In this document: positions 9,003 to 17,172 of the stretch, in pieces | Numbering within the stretch: position 1 is the stretch's first letter | Layout of the letters: every line of letters begins with the position of its first letter | Source: a virus | Lineage: Duplodnaviria; Heunggongvirae; Uroviricota; Caudoviricetes | Length of the DNA: 36,312 bases | Direction: 5' to 3' (one strand) | Virus record (IMG/VR): IMGVR_UViG_2534681604_000004 | Notes under the pieces: generated by a model | The model's database searches: none | The model's input: only the letters and a program-made list of their open reading frames with translations | Told to the model about the DNA's origin: nothing | Program-made: the position numbers and the translations under genes

Positions 9003-10004
9003 TTAAGGCTTCGGCTTTTTATCGAGGCTCTTTCTAAGGATATGCCCAATCATCCTGTCGAGTTCTTCCTGTAACTCTTTTGAGAGTCGATTAAACTCAT
9101 AAGAAAATGCTCGGCCTTTCACGCGCTTCCTTGCAAAGCGATCCTTATCCTCAAATTTCCATAATTCAGTAACTACGGACTTATCTTTAGAACCTTTATC
9201 CGTGAGTAGTGAGGCTTCCTTTGTTATCAAGCGCAGGATTTTATTTTTAACTTCATCTTCGGCCATTTCTTCAATGGATAAGATGTCGTTTATTTCCGGG
9301 GATATGTTTTGAATAAGCTGATCAAACTCTAAATTCTTGTTCCCCATTTCGTCGCCAACAGCACAAAGCGTTTTGTAGTCCGAAAAGGTTAATTCCGACT
9401 GCACAGGGAAAAGGGCGACTAATTCTTCCGGAGCACTCGCTGCCTGGAGAGCACGCGTGACCTTCGCCTGAGACAGCCCTTCCTTGGCTGCAATATCCTT
9501 CTGACTCATCCCATCATTTTTCATTCGCATCAAACGCAGACCTATTTCTCGAATGCTGTGCTGCAATGCTGTCTGAACGTCTTTCGCTAAATTTTGCGCT
9601 TCCTGAACGCTGATCTCCTGGTCCGTGACTAAAACCCGCAACCCTACGTTCTCTAAGATGGCAGAAGCTCGACGCCGGGAACCATCCAAAATTTCAATTT
9701 TCCCTGTAACCCGTCTAACACCTATTGCAGGGTAAAATTGCTGATGCTTAATAGTGCTTCGGATACTTTTTAATGATTTTGGCGTAAGAGATGCCTGGTC
9801 ACGCCCGTTGTTATGCTGATCAACAAAGGTATCGCTTTCTACCTGGTTCGGAGGTATTACCTCTTCAATAAATGTGGCCTGGCGACCAGTTGATAACTTG
9901 AATACCTGCTCGACTCGATCGCCAGAGGCTGAAGAACTATCAAATCCGCTTAATATTGAAGGATTAAGGGTTCGCCCAATTGTTGGTCTGTTTTTCTTTG
10001 ACAT
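9003..10004 (-). CDS. parB: ParB partition protein, 333 aa
   Basis: Track ORF; sequence recognised as P1-type ParB; followed by parS. Confidence 0.93.
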   Translation of the reverse strand: MSKKNRPTIGRTLNPSILSGFDSSSASGDRVEQVFKLSTGRQATFIEEVIPPNQVESDTFVDQHNNGRDQASLTPKSLKSIRSTIKHQQFYPAIGVRRVTGKIEILDGSRRRASAILENVGLRVLVTDQEISVQEAQNLAKDVQTALQHSIREIGLRLMRMKNDGMSQKDIAAKEGLSQAKVTRALQAASAPEELVALFPVQSELTFSDYKTLCAVGDEMGNKNLEFDQLIQNISPEINDILSIEEMAEDEVKNKILRLITKEASLLTDKGSKDKSVVTELWKFEDKDRFARKRVKGRAFSYEFNRLSKELQEELDRMIGHILRKSLDKKPKP

Positions 10005-10020
10005 GGGGGTTTCTTACTCC

Positions 10021-11217
10021 TCAGTTAGATCTGATAAATTCAATACGGTCAAAAACTGCTTTAGCAAAATCTTCCGCGGCAATTCGCGCGTTCTTCAATG
10101 CATCAGCACTACCAACATACGTTGCCGGGTTAGCTGAAATAACAGTGTCAAAAGACTCGCCGCAACGTTCAAAACCGTCAAGGCGAGGGAGGACGACATC
10201 GAGCATATCCCCACCGAACACTTCTTTAGCCAGGCTATGGCAATACTTATGATCTGCCTTGTTACTCAACTTGGACATAAAACCAATGTTAGTCGCAAGC
10301 TGGCACTCGCAGCCTTCATCCGAAATGAGTTTCACCAACTCAGGAAGGCGGGCAACGTATTTAAGCGATGAGTGGAAATCGACAGTTGCTGGCGGCAGAG
10401 GTGTAAACAGTATATTGGCCGAGGCCAAAGCATTTTTCAGGAAGGCGTCAAGGTGAGGACCACTATCAACGAGGATAAAGTCATAATCGCTCTTCAGCTT
10501 ATCAATCACATTTTCTTTCAGGACAGCATGGATGTTCTGACCCGGTAGATGCTCATTGCACAGCTCTCTCCAATCGGATGCAATAAAGGCATCGTCAATC
10601 GACGCAGGCATAACGTCAACCCCAGGTACAACAGAAGGAACAATAAACTCCTCTAACAGCTCTTCACGGCTTACATTCTGCAACATAGCCTGTGCAGATG
10701 TTGCGTTTACGATACCAATAGAGTGTTTATGGCTTAAAAACATCGTTGCTGAAGATTGCGGATCAAGGTCAATAACCAGAATCCTTAAATCTTCCATCAG
10801 AAGATGAGGGTGGGCACGCATTGCATGCGCCAGAGAAACCGTCGATACAGTTTTTGACACACCGCCTTTAAGATTGGAGATGAAAATCACATACGCTTCG
10901 CTGTAGCGATCCCGGTATTTTGGCACTCCGCGATGTTCATATATGTCAATGATGTTCTGAATTGACATCGCATATTTCATTGAAGAGCCAGCAGGGCGTT
11001 TATCGAAAACATAACCCTTTTCTTCCATTTCACTCACGGCATAGTCAACGTTCGCTCGAGTCAGTAGAGGCAATTTTGCCAGTGCCGCTTTCGCATAGAC
11101 CTGGTAAAACTCGTTCGCGTGTAGCTCATCCTTTTGCAACTGTACTTGTTCAGTCAGAACATTGAGCATTCTGTTTGCTCTTTGAGCAACCTTGTGAAGC
11201 TGGCTGGAATCACTCAT
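10021..11217 (-). CDS. parA: ParA partition ATPase, 398 aa
   Basis: Track ORF; Walker A KGGVSKT; N-terminal extension typical of type Ia ParA; recognised as P1-type ParA. Confidence 0.93.
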   Translation of the reverse strand: MSDSSQLHKVAQRANRMLNVLTEQVQLQKDELHANEFYQVYAKAALAKLPLLTRANVDYAVSEMEEKGYVFDKRPAGSSMKYAMSIQNIIDIYEHRGVPKYRDRYSEAYVIFISNLKGGVSKTVSTVSLAHAMRAHPHLLMEDLRILVIDLDPQSSATMFLSHKHSIGIVNATSAQAMLQNVSREELLEEFIVPSVVPGVDVMPASIDDAFIASDWRELCNEHLPGQNIHAVLKENVIDKLKSDYDFILVDSGPHLDAFLKNALASANILFTPLPPATVDFHSSLKYVARLPELVKLISDEGCECQLATNIGFMSKLSNKADHKYCHSLAKEVFGGDMLDVVLPRLDGFERCGESFDTVISANPATYVGSADALKNARIAAEDFAKAVFDRIEFIRSN

Positions 11218-11385
11218 CGAAAGCCATCCTTTATGCTGTATTTTTGAATTTAATTAAAAATGCTGCATAAAATAATAATGTATGCGTAGATGCTTGTACA
11301 TAGCATTCTCTGCATGTTTGGTTCATTTTGCACGATTGAGAGTTACAAGGAGGGCACAAAAAAGCCCAGTTCAGGGGCATCAGTG

Positions 11386-12195
11386 TTATTTGCTAAGAGC
11401 AGCGAATAATCGTTCGAAATCGATAGTATCTATAGCACGCGTAAGCGCCGGAAGTTCAGCCTCAAAGTACCCGTGTCGATCGTAAAAGAAGGGACCGAAG
11501 AGCGAGGCATGTTGGATTCTACTTCGCCCCAGCCCGGACACACAGTTAAGCCCATTACCGGCTAAAAGGCTAAAAAACTTCTCTGGATTATCGTGGTAAA
11601 GCTGGGAATCAATGGTGGCGGTTAACTCTTCCATAGGGAAGCACACCCGCCTTGTCTCCCAGGGATATTTAGTCCGAAGCATAAACATTGCTTTCAGCAA
11701 TTCACATTGAGCACGGATCGCGTCCGGTTCATAGCCAGATATGGAGACATAAGCCACGTCCCTCATTCCTGCGTCATCTTTGAAAGTCACGATAGAAGTA
11801 ACATCCAGCTCTTTTTCGAAAGAGCGAGCAGCATCTACTGGACGCTGAAGTAAATCATTCGACTTAATGCGCTCTAGAATCCCTCCCCACATATCATTTA
11901 GATATTCGATATGAGCCAAAACCTTATCAAGACACTCTCGTGTAAACCATTCAGTATGCCCGCCACCGGCGCTTTTCTCCCACGGCGCATTCCAGGGGAA
12001 AAAGGTTGCGTGTAAAGCCCGCTCAAGATTAACTATTGCCAAACGCGTACCACGATAGACCCGTGAAAGCGCAAAATCGGGACTCACTTGTAGCCCTTTA
12101 AACCGTGCCAATGGACCACATGAAATGCCGATTTTAAAAGTATCTCCATTCTCCGGCACCAGAACGTAGAGGTAGTGTTGTTTCTCTTCTTGCAT
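11386..12195 (-). CDS. T5orf172 / GIY-YIG-like domain protein, 269 aa
   Basis: N-terminal YLYVLVPENGDTFKIGIS ... GGHTEWF resembles the KIG-x-T and TEWF signatures of the T5orf172 family; C-terminal 150 aa unassigned. Confidence 0.6.
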   Translation of the reverse strand: MQEEKQHYLYVLVPENGDTFKIGISCGPLARFKGLQVSPDFALSRVYRGTRLAIVNLERALHATFFPWNAPWEKSAGGGHTEWFTRECLDKVLAHIEYLNDMWGGILERIKSNDLLQRPVDAARSFEKELDVTSIVTFKDDAGMRDVAYVSISGYEPDAIRAQCELLKAMFMLRTKYPWETRRVCFPMEELTATIDSQLYHDNPEKFFSLLAGNGLNCVSGLGRSRIQHASLFGPFFYDRHGYFEAELPALTRAIDTIDFERLFAALSK

Positions 12196-12230
12196 ATCAA
12201 TACCACTGCTTGATGAGAACCGCGCAAATG

Positions 12231-12489
12231 TTGACTATGCGCGAAAGTTAATGTGAATAGTTGACTATGCGCGATGTGACTACAGTCAAAAGTTGACTGT
12301 AGTCGATTTAACTCCACCAAAGATCGACTATGTAAGATATTGTCGGGAGAAACGTTGACTATACGCGATGAAATGACCCTAAAAGCCATCTCAATAGCGA
12401 CTTGCAGAATATTGACGCCAGCAAAAATCCACCAGCGTCAACGAATGTCGCCTATAGTCAACTTCTCGCTATCGCATATAGTCAATATT
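12231..12489. repeat. iteron array downstream of repA (incA-like), about 6 copies of GTTGACTAT(G/A)CGCGA in both orientations
   Basis: Copies at about 12231, 12261, 12354 (direct) and 12450, 12471 (inverted), plus a 12-bp inverted repeat GACTACAGTCAA..TTGACTGTAGTC at 12276-12301. Confidence 0.75.
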
Positions 12490-13429
12490 ATGGATTGCGC
12501 TTATGGATCTGGAAGCCGATTTTCCTGCCGTTTTTTATCTCTGAAAATTTAAGATATTCAATAGCTTCCAAATCTTTCATGGCTTTTCTGATAACGCTAT
12601 TTTGCACGCTAACGGATGATTTGAGATTAAGCCTTGCTCTAAGGCGCTCAATGCTGACAGGTGCCGGGTTGGCGGGTAGAGCCTCAAAGAATGTATACAG
12701 TACCTTGGCCGTCTCTTTGCGCCCGAGCTTATCCAGCATCTTCAGCTTCAGGATTCGCTTATAGTCAACATAGTAAAGTTCAGATAGCTGTTTCTGCGGC
12801 TGGATCTCGATAACATCAAGCTCGGTATTCAGGCTGCTATATGCCAACAAGTTGACGTTAATGTTATTGAGATGACCTTTTGCCGCCGGGAAGCGGAATT
12901 TGACAACTGTCTGCTGAATGCGTGTCAGAGAGTCATCAATACTTTTACGGAACGCCTTTGAAAGGCGCTTACGTGGATAGCCGCATCGATCGGCAAACTC
13001 GGAGAATGGCAGGGTGATTATGCCGTCATCATCAGGTGCGTAGTCAAACAACGCGGAGGTTATGCCCACCCACACCTTAAAATCAGTATCCATATCCAGG
13101 CGTGGACCATGAATTTCAATTCCCTCATAGCCTTCCTGCTCAACAATTTTGAGGCTTGATAGTTCTTCGGTTGCGTTCGTTGTGTTTGTAGTAACTGACG
13201 ATCCGCGACGTAGTGCCACATTGGTAGATTTTAAGGTTGGCACAAACACACCTAAGCGCAACAAAGCGATGGGTTGTATAGTGCTATTGTTATTGGGTTT
13301 CAGGCTGTGGATTTCTCCTGTATTTCCTGCAACTTCTTCAACGCTAAGGAAGCCTTTATTTTCTTCCGGCATCGTGGTTTCTCCATATGTGGCGCGGCCT
13401 GGCGTCATCTGGATTGCAGTTATCAACAA
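12488..13429 (-). CDS. repA: RepA plasmid replication initiator (P1 / RepFIB-type), 313 aa from first Met
   Basis: Track ORF flanked by iteron arrays on both sides; QPIALLRLGVFVP motif recalled from P1-type RepA; true start may be an internal Met at 13408 or 13372. Confidence 0.8.
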   Translation of the reverse strand: MLITAIQMTPGRATYGETTMPEENKGFLSVEEVAGNTGEIHSLKPNNNSTIQPIALLRLGVFVPTLKSTNVALRRGSSVTTNTTNATEELSSLKIVEQEGYEGIEIHGPRLDMDTDFKVWVGITSALFDYAPDDDGIITLPFSEFADRCGYPRKRLSKAFRKSIDDSLTRIQQTVVKFRFPAAKGHLNNINVNLLAYSSLNTELDVIEIQPQKQLSELYYVDYKRILKLKMLDKLGRKETAKVLYTFFEALPANPAPVSIERLRARLNLKSSVSVQNSVIRKAMKDLEAIEYLKFSEIKNGRKIGFQIHKRNP

Positions 13430-13450
13430 CTGTGAATAGTCAGGCTCTAA

Positions 13451-13555
13451 AATCGCGTACAGTCAATGTTTCTGTCGCGTATAGTCAACAATAAATCGCG
13501 TGCAGTCAACAATAAATCGTGCACAGTCAACATAAAATCGCGTATAGTCAATGTT
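13451..13555. repeat. five direct iterons upstream of repA (incC-like / oriR core), ATCGCGTATAGTCAA(C/T)
   Basis: Five copies at about 21-bp spacing starting 13451, 13475, 13494, 13515, 13537. Confidence 0.8.
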
Positions 13556-13592
13556 CATCCCATTTCAGGCCAGAAATGGCGCGGCTTACAGC

Positions 13593-13663
13593 GATCCGGG
13601 ATCTTCTTTGGATCTTCCTAGGTTCTCTTTAGGATCTGTTTATTGGATCTATGCTGTGGATAA
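13593..13663. promoter_or_regulatory. origin-associated GATC cluster (5 GATC in 57 bp) plus DnaA box TGTGGATAA
   Basis: GATC at 13593, 13600, 13611, 13633, 13646; DnaA box at 13655-13663; same order as the recalled P1 oriR (DnaA box, GATC region, iterons, repA). Confidence 0.65.
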
Positions 13664-13706
13664 GTTGAATAAACCGGCCAACAAAGCCGGTTGGAAGGAA
13701 GCCATA

Positions 13707-14099
13707 TTATTCTACGCTTTCGATGAGAAGACCATGTTCATAACATTTAAGCTCATCGCCTTCATACAGGAATTGGTATCCAACACCACCACCTTCCGGC
13801 ACATTAGGGAATAAATCATCACTTACCGAAGAACAAATCACACCAATGCAGCGATCAACACCTTCTCGTTCTTCAGTGCTGAAAAAATCCTCTTCAATAA
13901 GCACTTGATTACATTGCTCATCAGCATAAGTTGGAAATACATGTTCGATACAATCTGGATGTTTTAAACCAAGCTGATCGGCAAGCTCGAAAGCATGACG
14001 GTATTGTTCAGATCCTGGCTTGCCAACAGTGATTTGCTCAATTTTGTAGATTGAAGTCGCTTTGTTGATAGTTTGCTTTACTGTTACTTTATCAGACAT
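13707..14099 (-). CDS. hypothetical protein, 130 aa
   Basis: Track ORF; first gene beyond the origin, last of a five-gene minus-strand operon. Confidence 0.45.
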   Translation of the reverse strand: MSDKVTVKQTINKATSIYKIEQITVGKPGSEQYRHAFELADQLGLKHPDCIEHVFPTYADEQCNQVLIEEDFFSTEEREGVDRCIGVICSSVSDDLFPNVPEGGGVGYQFLYEGDELKCYEHGLLIESVE

Positions 14100-14110
14100 A
14101 AAAATCCCTT

Positions 14111-14443
14111 TTAGTTACTGCTGATAGCGCGGTTGTAATCATTAACGTTGCGATTCTTCCTGTTAATCCCCATCAGCATCGTTTCTGTATCAAGGATATA
14201 GGCTGGCAGATCATCAAAATATTCACTGCTAAACTCTGGCATCCTGCACATAAATGCACTTTTGGGGGCAGGGTGGTTAACCTTTGTCGGCGTCGGCGTT
14301 AAATTCGCTGATCGACTCCCGGAGCAACCGCTGAGTGTCAGCAGGAATACGCTGGCGAACATTACCCGCCGCAACCAGTTGTTTCTGAACTTCAGCTTTT
14401 CGTTCCATTTGTCTGTCTGCATACTTCGCTTGTTCTGATTCAT
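14111..14443 (-). CDS. lipoprotein, o-spanin-like (Rz1-like), start partly embedded in the upstream ORF
   Basis: Lipobox LLTLSGC followed by Pro/Thr-rich TPTPTKVNHPAPK; overlaps 14277-14699 by 167 nt in a different frame. Confidence 0.5.
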   Translation of the reverse strand: MNQNKRSMQTDKWNEKLKFRNNWLRRVMFASVFLLTLSGCSGSRSANLTPTPTKVNHPAPKSAFMCRMPEFSSEYFDDLPAYILDTETMLMGINRKNRNVNDYNRAISSN

Positions 14444-14699
14444 TTTTCACTTCCTGGCTGTGAAAATGTTGATCCGCTCTATTCATCGTCTCAATGGTTT
14501 GGTTAAGATCAATGATTGACTTATCGCGCTCCTTAACAGCCTGATCAAGGCTGCCAATTTTCTCCAAGGCTTGCTTTAACTGATAACGTTCCCATGCAAA
14601 CCCAGCACCAACAAGTGCGCAAATCAGGACAAGAACACCAGTAACAGCAAGTTTCTCCTTCAAAGACAAAGCTGTTTTTAACGTTGAAAAAAACGACAT
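14277..14699 (-). CDS. membrane-anchored coiled-coil protein, i-spanin-like (Rz-like), 140 aa
   Basis: N-terminal TM helix LAVTGVLVLICALVGAGFAW, then charged helical periplasmic region; overlaps the lipoprotein ORF. Confidence 0.5.
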   Translation of the reverse strand: MSFFSTLKTALSLKEKLAVTGVLVLICALVGAGFAWERYQLKQALEKIGSLDQAVKERDKSIIDLNQTIETMNRADQHFHSQEVKNESEQAKYADRQMERKAEVQKQLVAAGNVRQRIPADTQRLLRESISEFNADADKG

Positions 14700-14738
14700 T
14701 TCTTCCTCCTGAAGAAAAATTATCTGTGAAGTCCTTTG

Positions 14739-15527
14739 TTAAAGTGTCGCCTTGTTTAATTCATCAAGAACAGAATCAGGAACCAAAGCTGCGACTGCGC
14801 TGGCGGTGCTGGCCTTATTTGCTGATGCTTCCGCCAGCGCGGTTCCGATAGCATGGTTATAAGCAGTTATGGCTACGCTGGCGCTTTCCTTCGCTCGTTC
14901 ATACTGCTGTTGCAATGCTGCTACCGGTACTGTTGTCTGGTCGAAAAAAGCACCAAATTGTTCAGTTGCTTCCTTCAGTGCTTCAACTTGTTGTTCTGTC
15001 AGTGATGGTGGGGGAGTGACTGCGCCACCACCGGAATCAGAGCCTGACGAGCTTCCTGAGCCTGTGTTAAGGGTCTGGTTAATGTCCCCCATAGCAGCGA
15101 CTAAACTCGACGTATTAAGCGCATTTACAGCGTCCTCAAGCGATTTCGTTGTAGTCGCGTCGCCAATGGCAATAGAGATCGGCAGTTCTGAAACTTCTCG
15201 CTCATTAGCACGACAGTAAACATTCCAACCAATATCGAGTTGAAGGAGCATTGACAGATCAGCATAACCAGCCAACAGGTCCGCGTGCTGAGTTGCCAGC
15301 CCTCCAATATTCGTTAAACCGGTTGCGGTTGTTCTGATCGTTGAAACATAGCTGGTAATAGTGTTGGGATAGACAATTGTATCCAGAATTAATCCGGTCA
15401 ATTCTTCTGCAAGCAGTTTTGCTGTGTTAGCACTGTTTCGTGCCGATGTTATGGCACCAGGTGTTTTCATCCCACCGGCGGCGGCCAATTTTTTATATGC
15501 GGATAACTGGTAGTCTTTTTCCAGCAT
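14739..15527 (-). CDS. hypothetical protein with Ser/Gly-rich linker, about 262 aa from internal start
   Basis: Track ORF trimmed to the Met preceded by AGGAG at 5-nt spacing (start codon 15527-15525). Confidence 0.5.
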   Translation of the reverse strand: MLEKDYQLSAYKKLAAAGGMKTPGAITSARNSANTAKLLAEELTGLILDTIVYPNTITSYVSTIRTTATGLTNIGGLATQHADLLAGYADLSMLLQLDIGWNVYCRANEREVSELPISIAIGDATTTKSLEDAVNALNTSSLVAAMGDINQTLNTGSGSSSGSDSGGGAVTPPPSLTEQQVEALKEATEQFGAFFDQTTVPVAALQQQYERAKESASVAITAYNHAIGTALAEASANKASTASAVAALVPDSVLDELNKATL

Positions 15528-15535
15528 GATATCTC

Positions 15536-15820
15536 CTAACTTACCTGAACCAGGCCGTCTCCGGCTGCAACGGTAGAGCCGCATGAAACAGGATCACCAA
15601 CGCATACGATCCCTTTCCCGTTGACGGTAAACCATGCCCTGGTTGATATAGCTTGCCCGACGTGCGTGCTGTTCCCATCGGTATGCTGTGCATATTGCTT
15701 ACCATCAACTAACACTTCGACTCCGTTGACTTTAAGTAGTGGTTCGCTCTCTACGGGAGGCCTGGATGGGAATCCTCCGTGCCCCGAACAAATGCTGTCT
15801 TTTGTTGCAATACTCGCCAC
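15536..15820 (-). CDS. PAAR-like repeat protein (putative spike-tip protein), 94 aa
   Basis: Gly-rich repeats SGHGGFP / VNGVEV / VNGKGIVCVGDPVSCG resemble the PAAR fold signature. Confidence 0.55.
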   Translation of the reverse strand: MASIATKDSICSGHGGFPSRPPVESEPLLKVNGVEVLVDGKQYAQHTDGNSTHVGQAISTRAWFTVNGKGIVCVGDPVSCGSTVAAGDGLVQVS

Positions 15821-15901
15821 ATCACCACCAATTGTTTGCTCTGATTTTTGTTATTTTAACTTAGGTTGTTTGTGGTCTACATGGCGTTTACTTATTATAA
15901 A

Positions 15902-15918
15902 ATTGCTCTAATAAATAT
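15902..15918 (+). promoter_or_regulatory. C1-repressor operator-like site in a divergent promoter region (ATTGCTCTAATAAATAT)
   Basis: 16/17 match to recalled C1 operator consensus. Confidence 0.6.
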
Positions 15919-15989
15919 TGTTTTTTGTGTCGTGTTTTCGGTACCATTCAGCCATCGCCCTTCAATGGGCATTTGTTTGGAGTCGTCAG

Positions 15990-16274
15990 ATGCAGATGGA
16001 GCTAATAAGCCGCAAAGAGTTCGATAGCCGTGTAACCAGCGGTGAACTCGACAACTTGCAGGCTATTAAGGTGAAAGAAGGCTTTTGCCTCATTGGGAAT
16101 CAGAGCGGAACAAATCGCGTTTTTATGCTTCGCCGTACGGATTTGAAGCCATTTGTCTGGAAGAACGAAATTGGTCCCAGCTCATACGCTCAAACGAGGG
16201 GGTGCCACAACCTGGCATTTTTCTACAAAGACGAGCTTTCTGTGGTTGATATTCAAGGGTTACAACATGTTTAA
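15990..16274 (+). CDS. small protein upstream of hrdC, about 94 aa
   Basis: Internal ATG with GGAG RBS in track ORF 15918-16274; position fits recalled P1 uhr. Confidence 0.4.
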   Translation: MQMELISRKEFDSRVTSGELDNLQAIKVKEGFCLIGNQSGTNRVFMLRRTDLKPFVWKNEIGPSSYAQTRGCHNLAFFYKDELSVVDIQGLQHV

Positions 16275-17172
16275 GCACTGGAAAAACATTACTATTTATA
16301 AACTTTCTCGTGAGGCGGATCTGACCGACTTAGAAGATAAAAAGAAAATGATCCTTTTCACGCCATGCGGTAGCCAGGATATGGCCAAGTTCGGTTTTGT
16401 ATCTCCATTTGGTGATAATTCCGAAGTTATCGCTATGCATGGAAATGGTTTTATCCTTGTTGAAGCAAAGCGCGAAACAAAAATTCTTCCCCCGCCGGTT
16501 ATCCAGCGAGCTATTCAAGAAAAAATTGAAAAACTTGAGCAAGAACAAGCGCGTAAACTGAAGAAAACAGAGAAGGACTCCCTGAAAGACGAAGTTCTGC
16601 ATTCTCTTCTGCCACGGGCTTTTTCAAAGTTTTCTGTTATCCAGGCGATCTACGACGGTTCAACTAAACGCATCTATATCAATGCCTGTGCGCGGCAGGC
16701 AGAGGATATGCTCGCGCTTATGCGTAAGTCTCTGGGTTCTCTTCCTGTTGTGCCCCTAAGTGTTGAAAATCCAATTGAGTTAACGCTGACCGACTGGGTA
16801 CGTGATGCTAGTGCTCCACAGGGATTTCAAATGGGGGATGCGGCAGAACTTAAGGCTGTGCTTGAGGATGGCGGTATCGCCCGAGTGAAAAAGCAGGATT
16901 TGGGAAGCGATGAAATTTCCACACACCTGGAAGCTGGCAAGCTCGTCACAAAGTTGGCTCTCGACTGGCAGAACCGCATTAAATTTACACTGGACCATAA
17001 CTTCAGCCTTACCAGCGTCAAATTTGCGGATGAATTGCTTGAGCAGAACTCTGATATTGATAGTGAAGATGTTGCGCAGCGACTGGACGCAGATTTCTTC
17101 CTGTTAACCAGTGAAATTTCGTGCCTGGTTGATGCTCTGGTAAATGCCCTGGGCGGAGAGGCTAAGCAGTGA
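16267..17172 (+). CDS. hrdC: RdgC-like recombination-associated protein, 301 aa
   Basis: From internal ATG; [16 protein letters not shown]...[15 protein letters not shown] aligns along its length to recalled E. coli RdgC. Confidence 0.88.
   Translation: MFKHWKNITIYKLSREADLTDLEDKKKMILFTPCGSQDMAKFGFVSPFGDNSEVIAMHGNGFILVEAKRETKILPPPVIQRAIQEKIEKLEQEQARKLKKTEKDSLKDEVLHSLLPRAFSKFSVIQAIYDGSTKRIYINACARQAEDMLALMRKSLGSLPVVPLSVENPIELTLTDWVRDASAPQGFQMGDAAELKAVLEDGGIARVKKQDLGSDEISTHLEAGKLVTKLALDWQNRIKFTLDHNFSLTSVKFADELLEQNSDIDSEDVAQRLDADFFLLTSEISCLVDALVNALGGEAKQ

Noticed and set aside
12231-13555. Short repeats around repA considered as a CRISPR array
   Set aside because: The repeats are 14-19 bp iterons with irregular spacing and both orientations, flank a Rep initiator, and there are no uniform spacers or cas genes.
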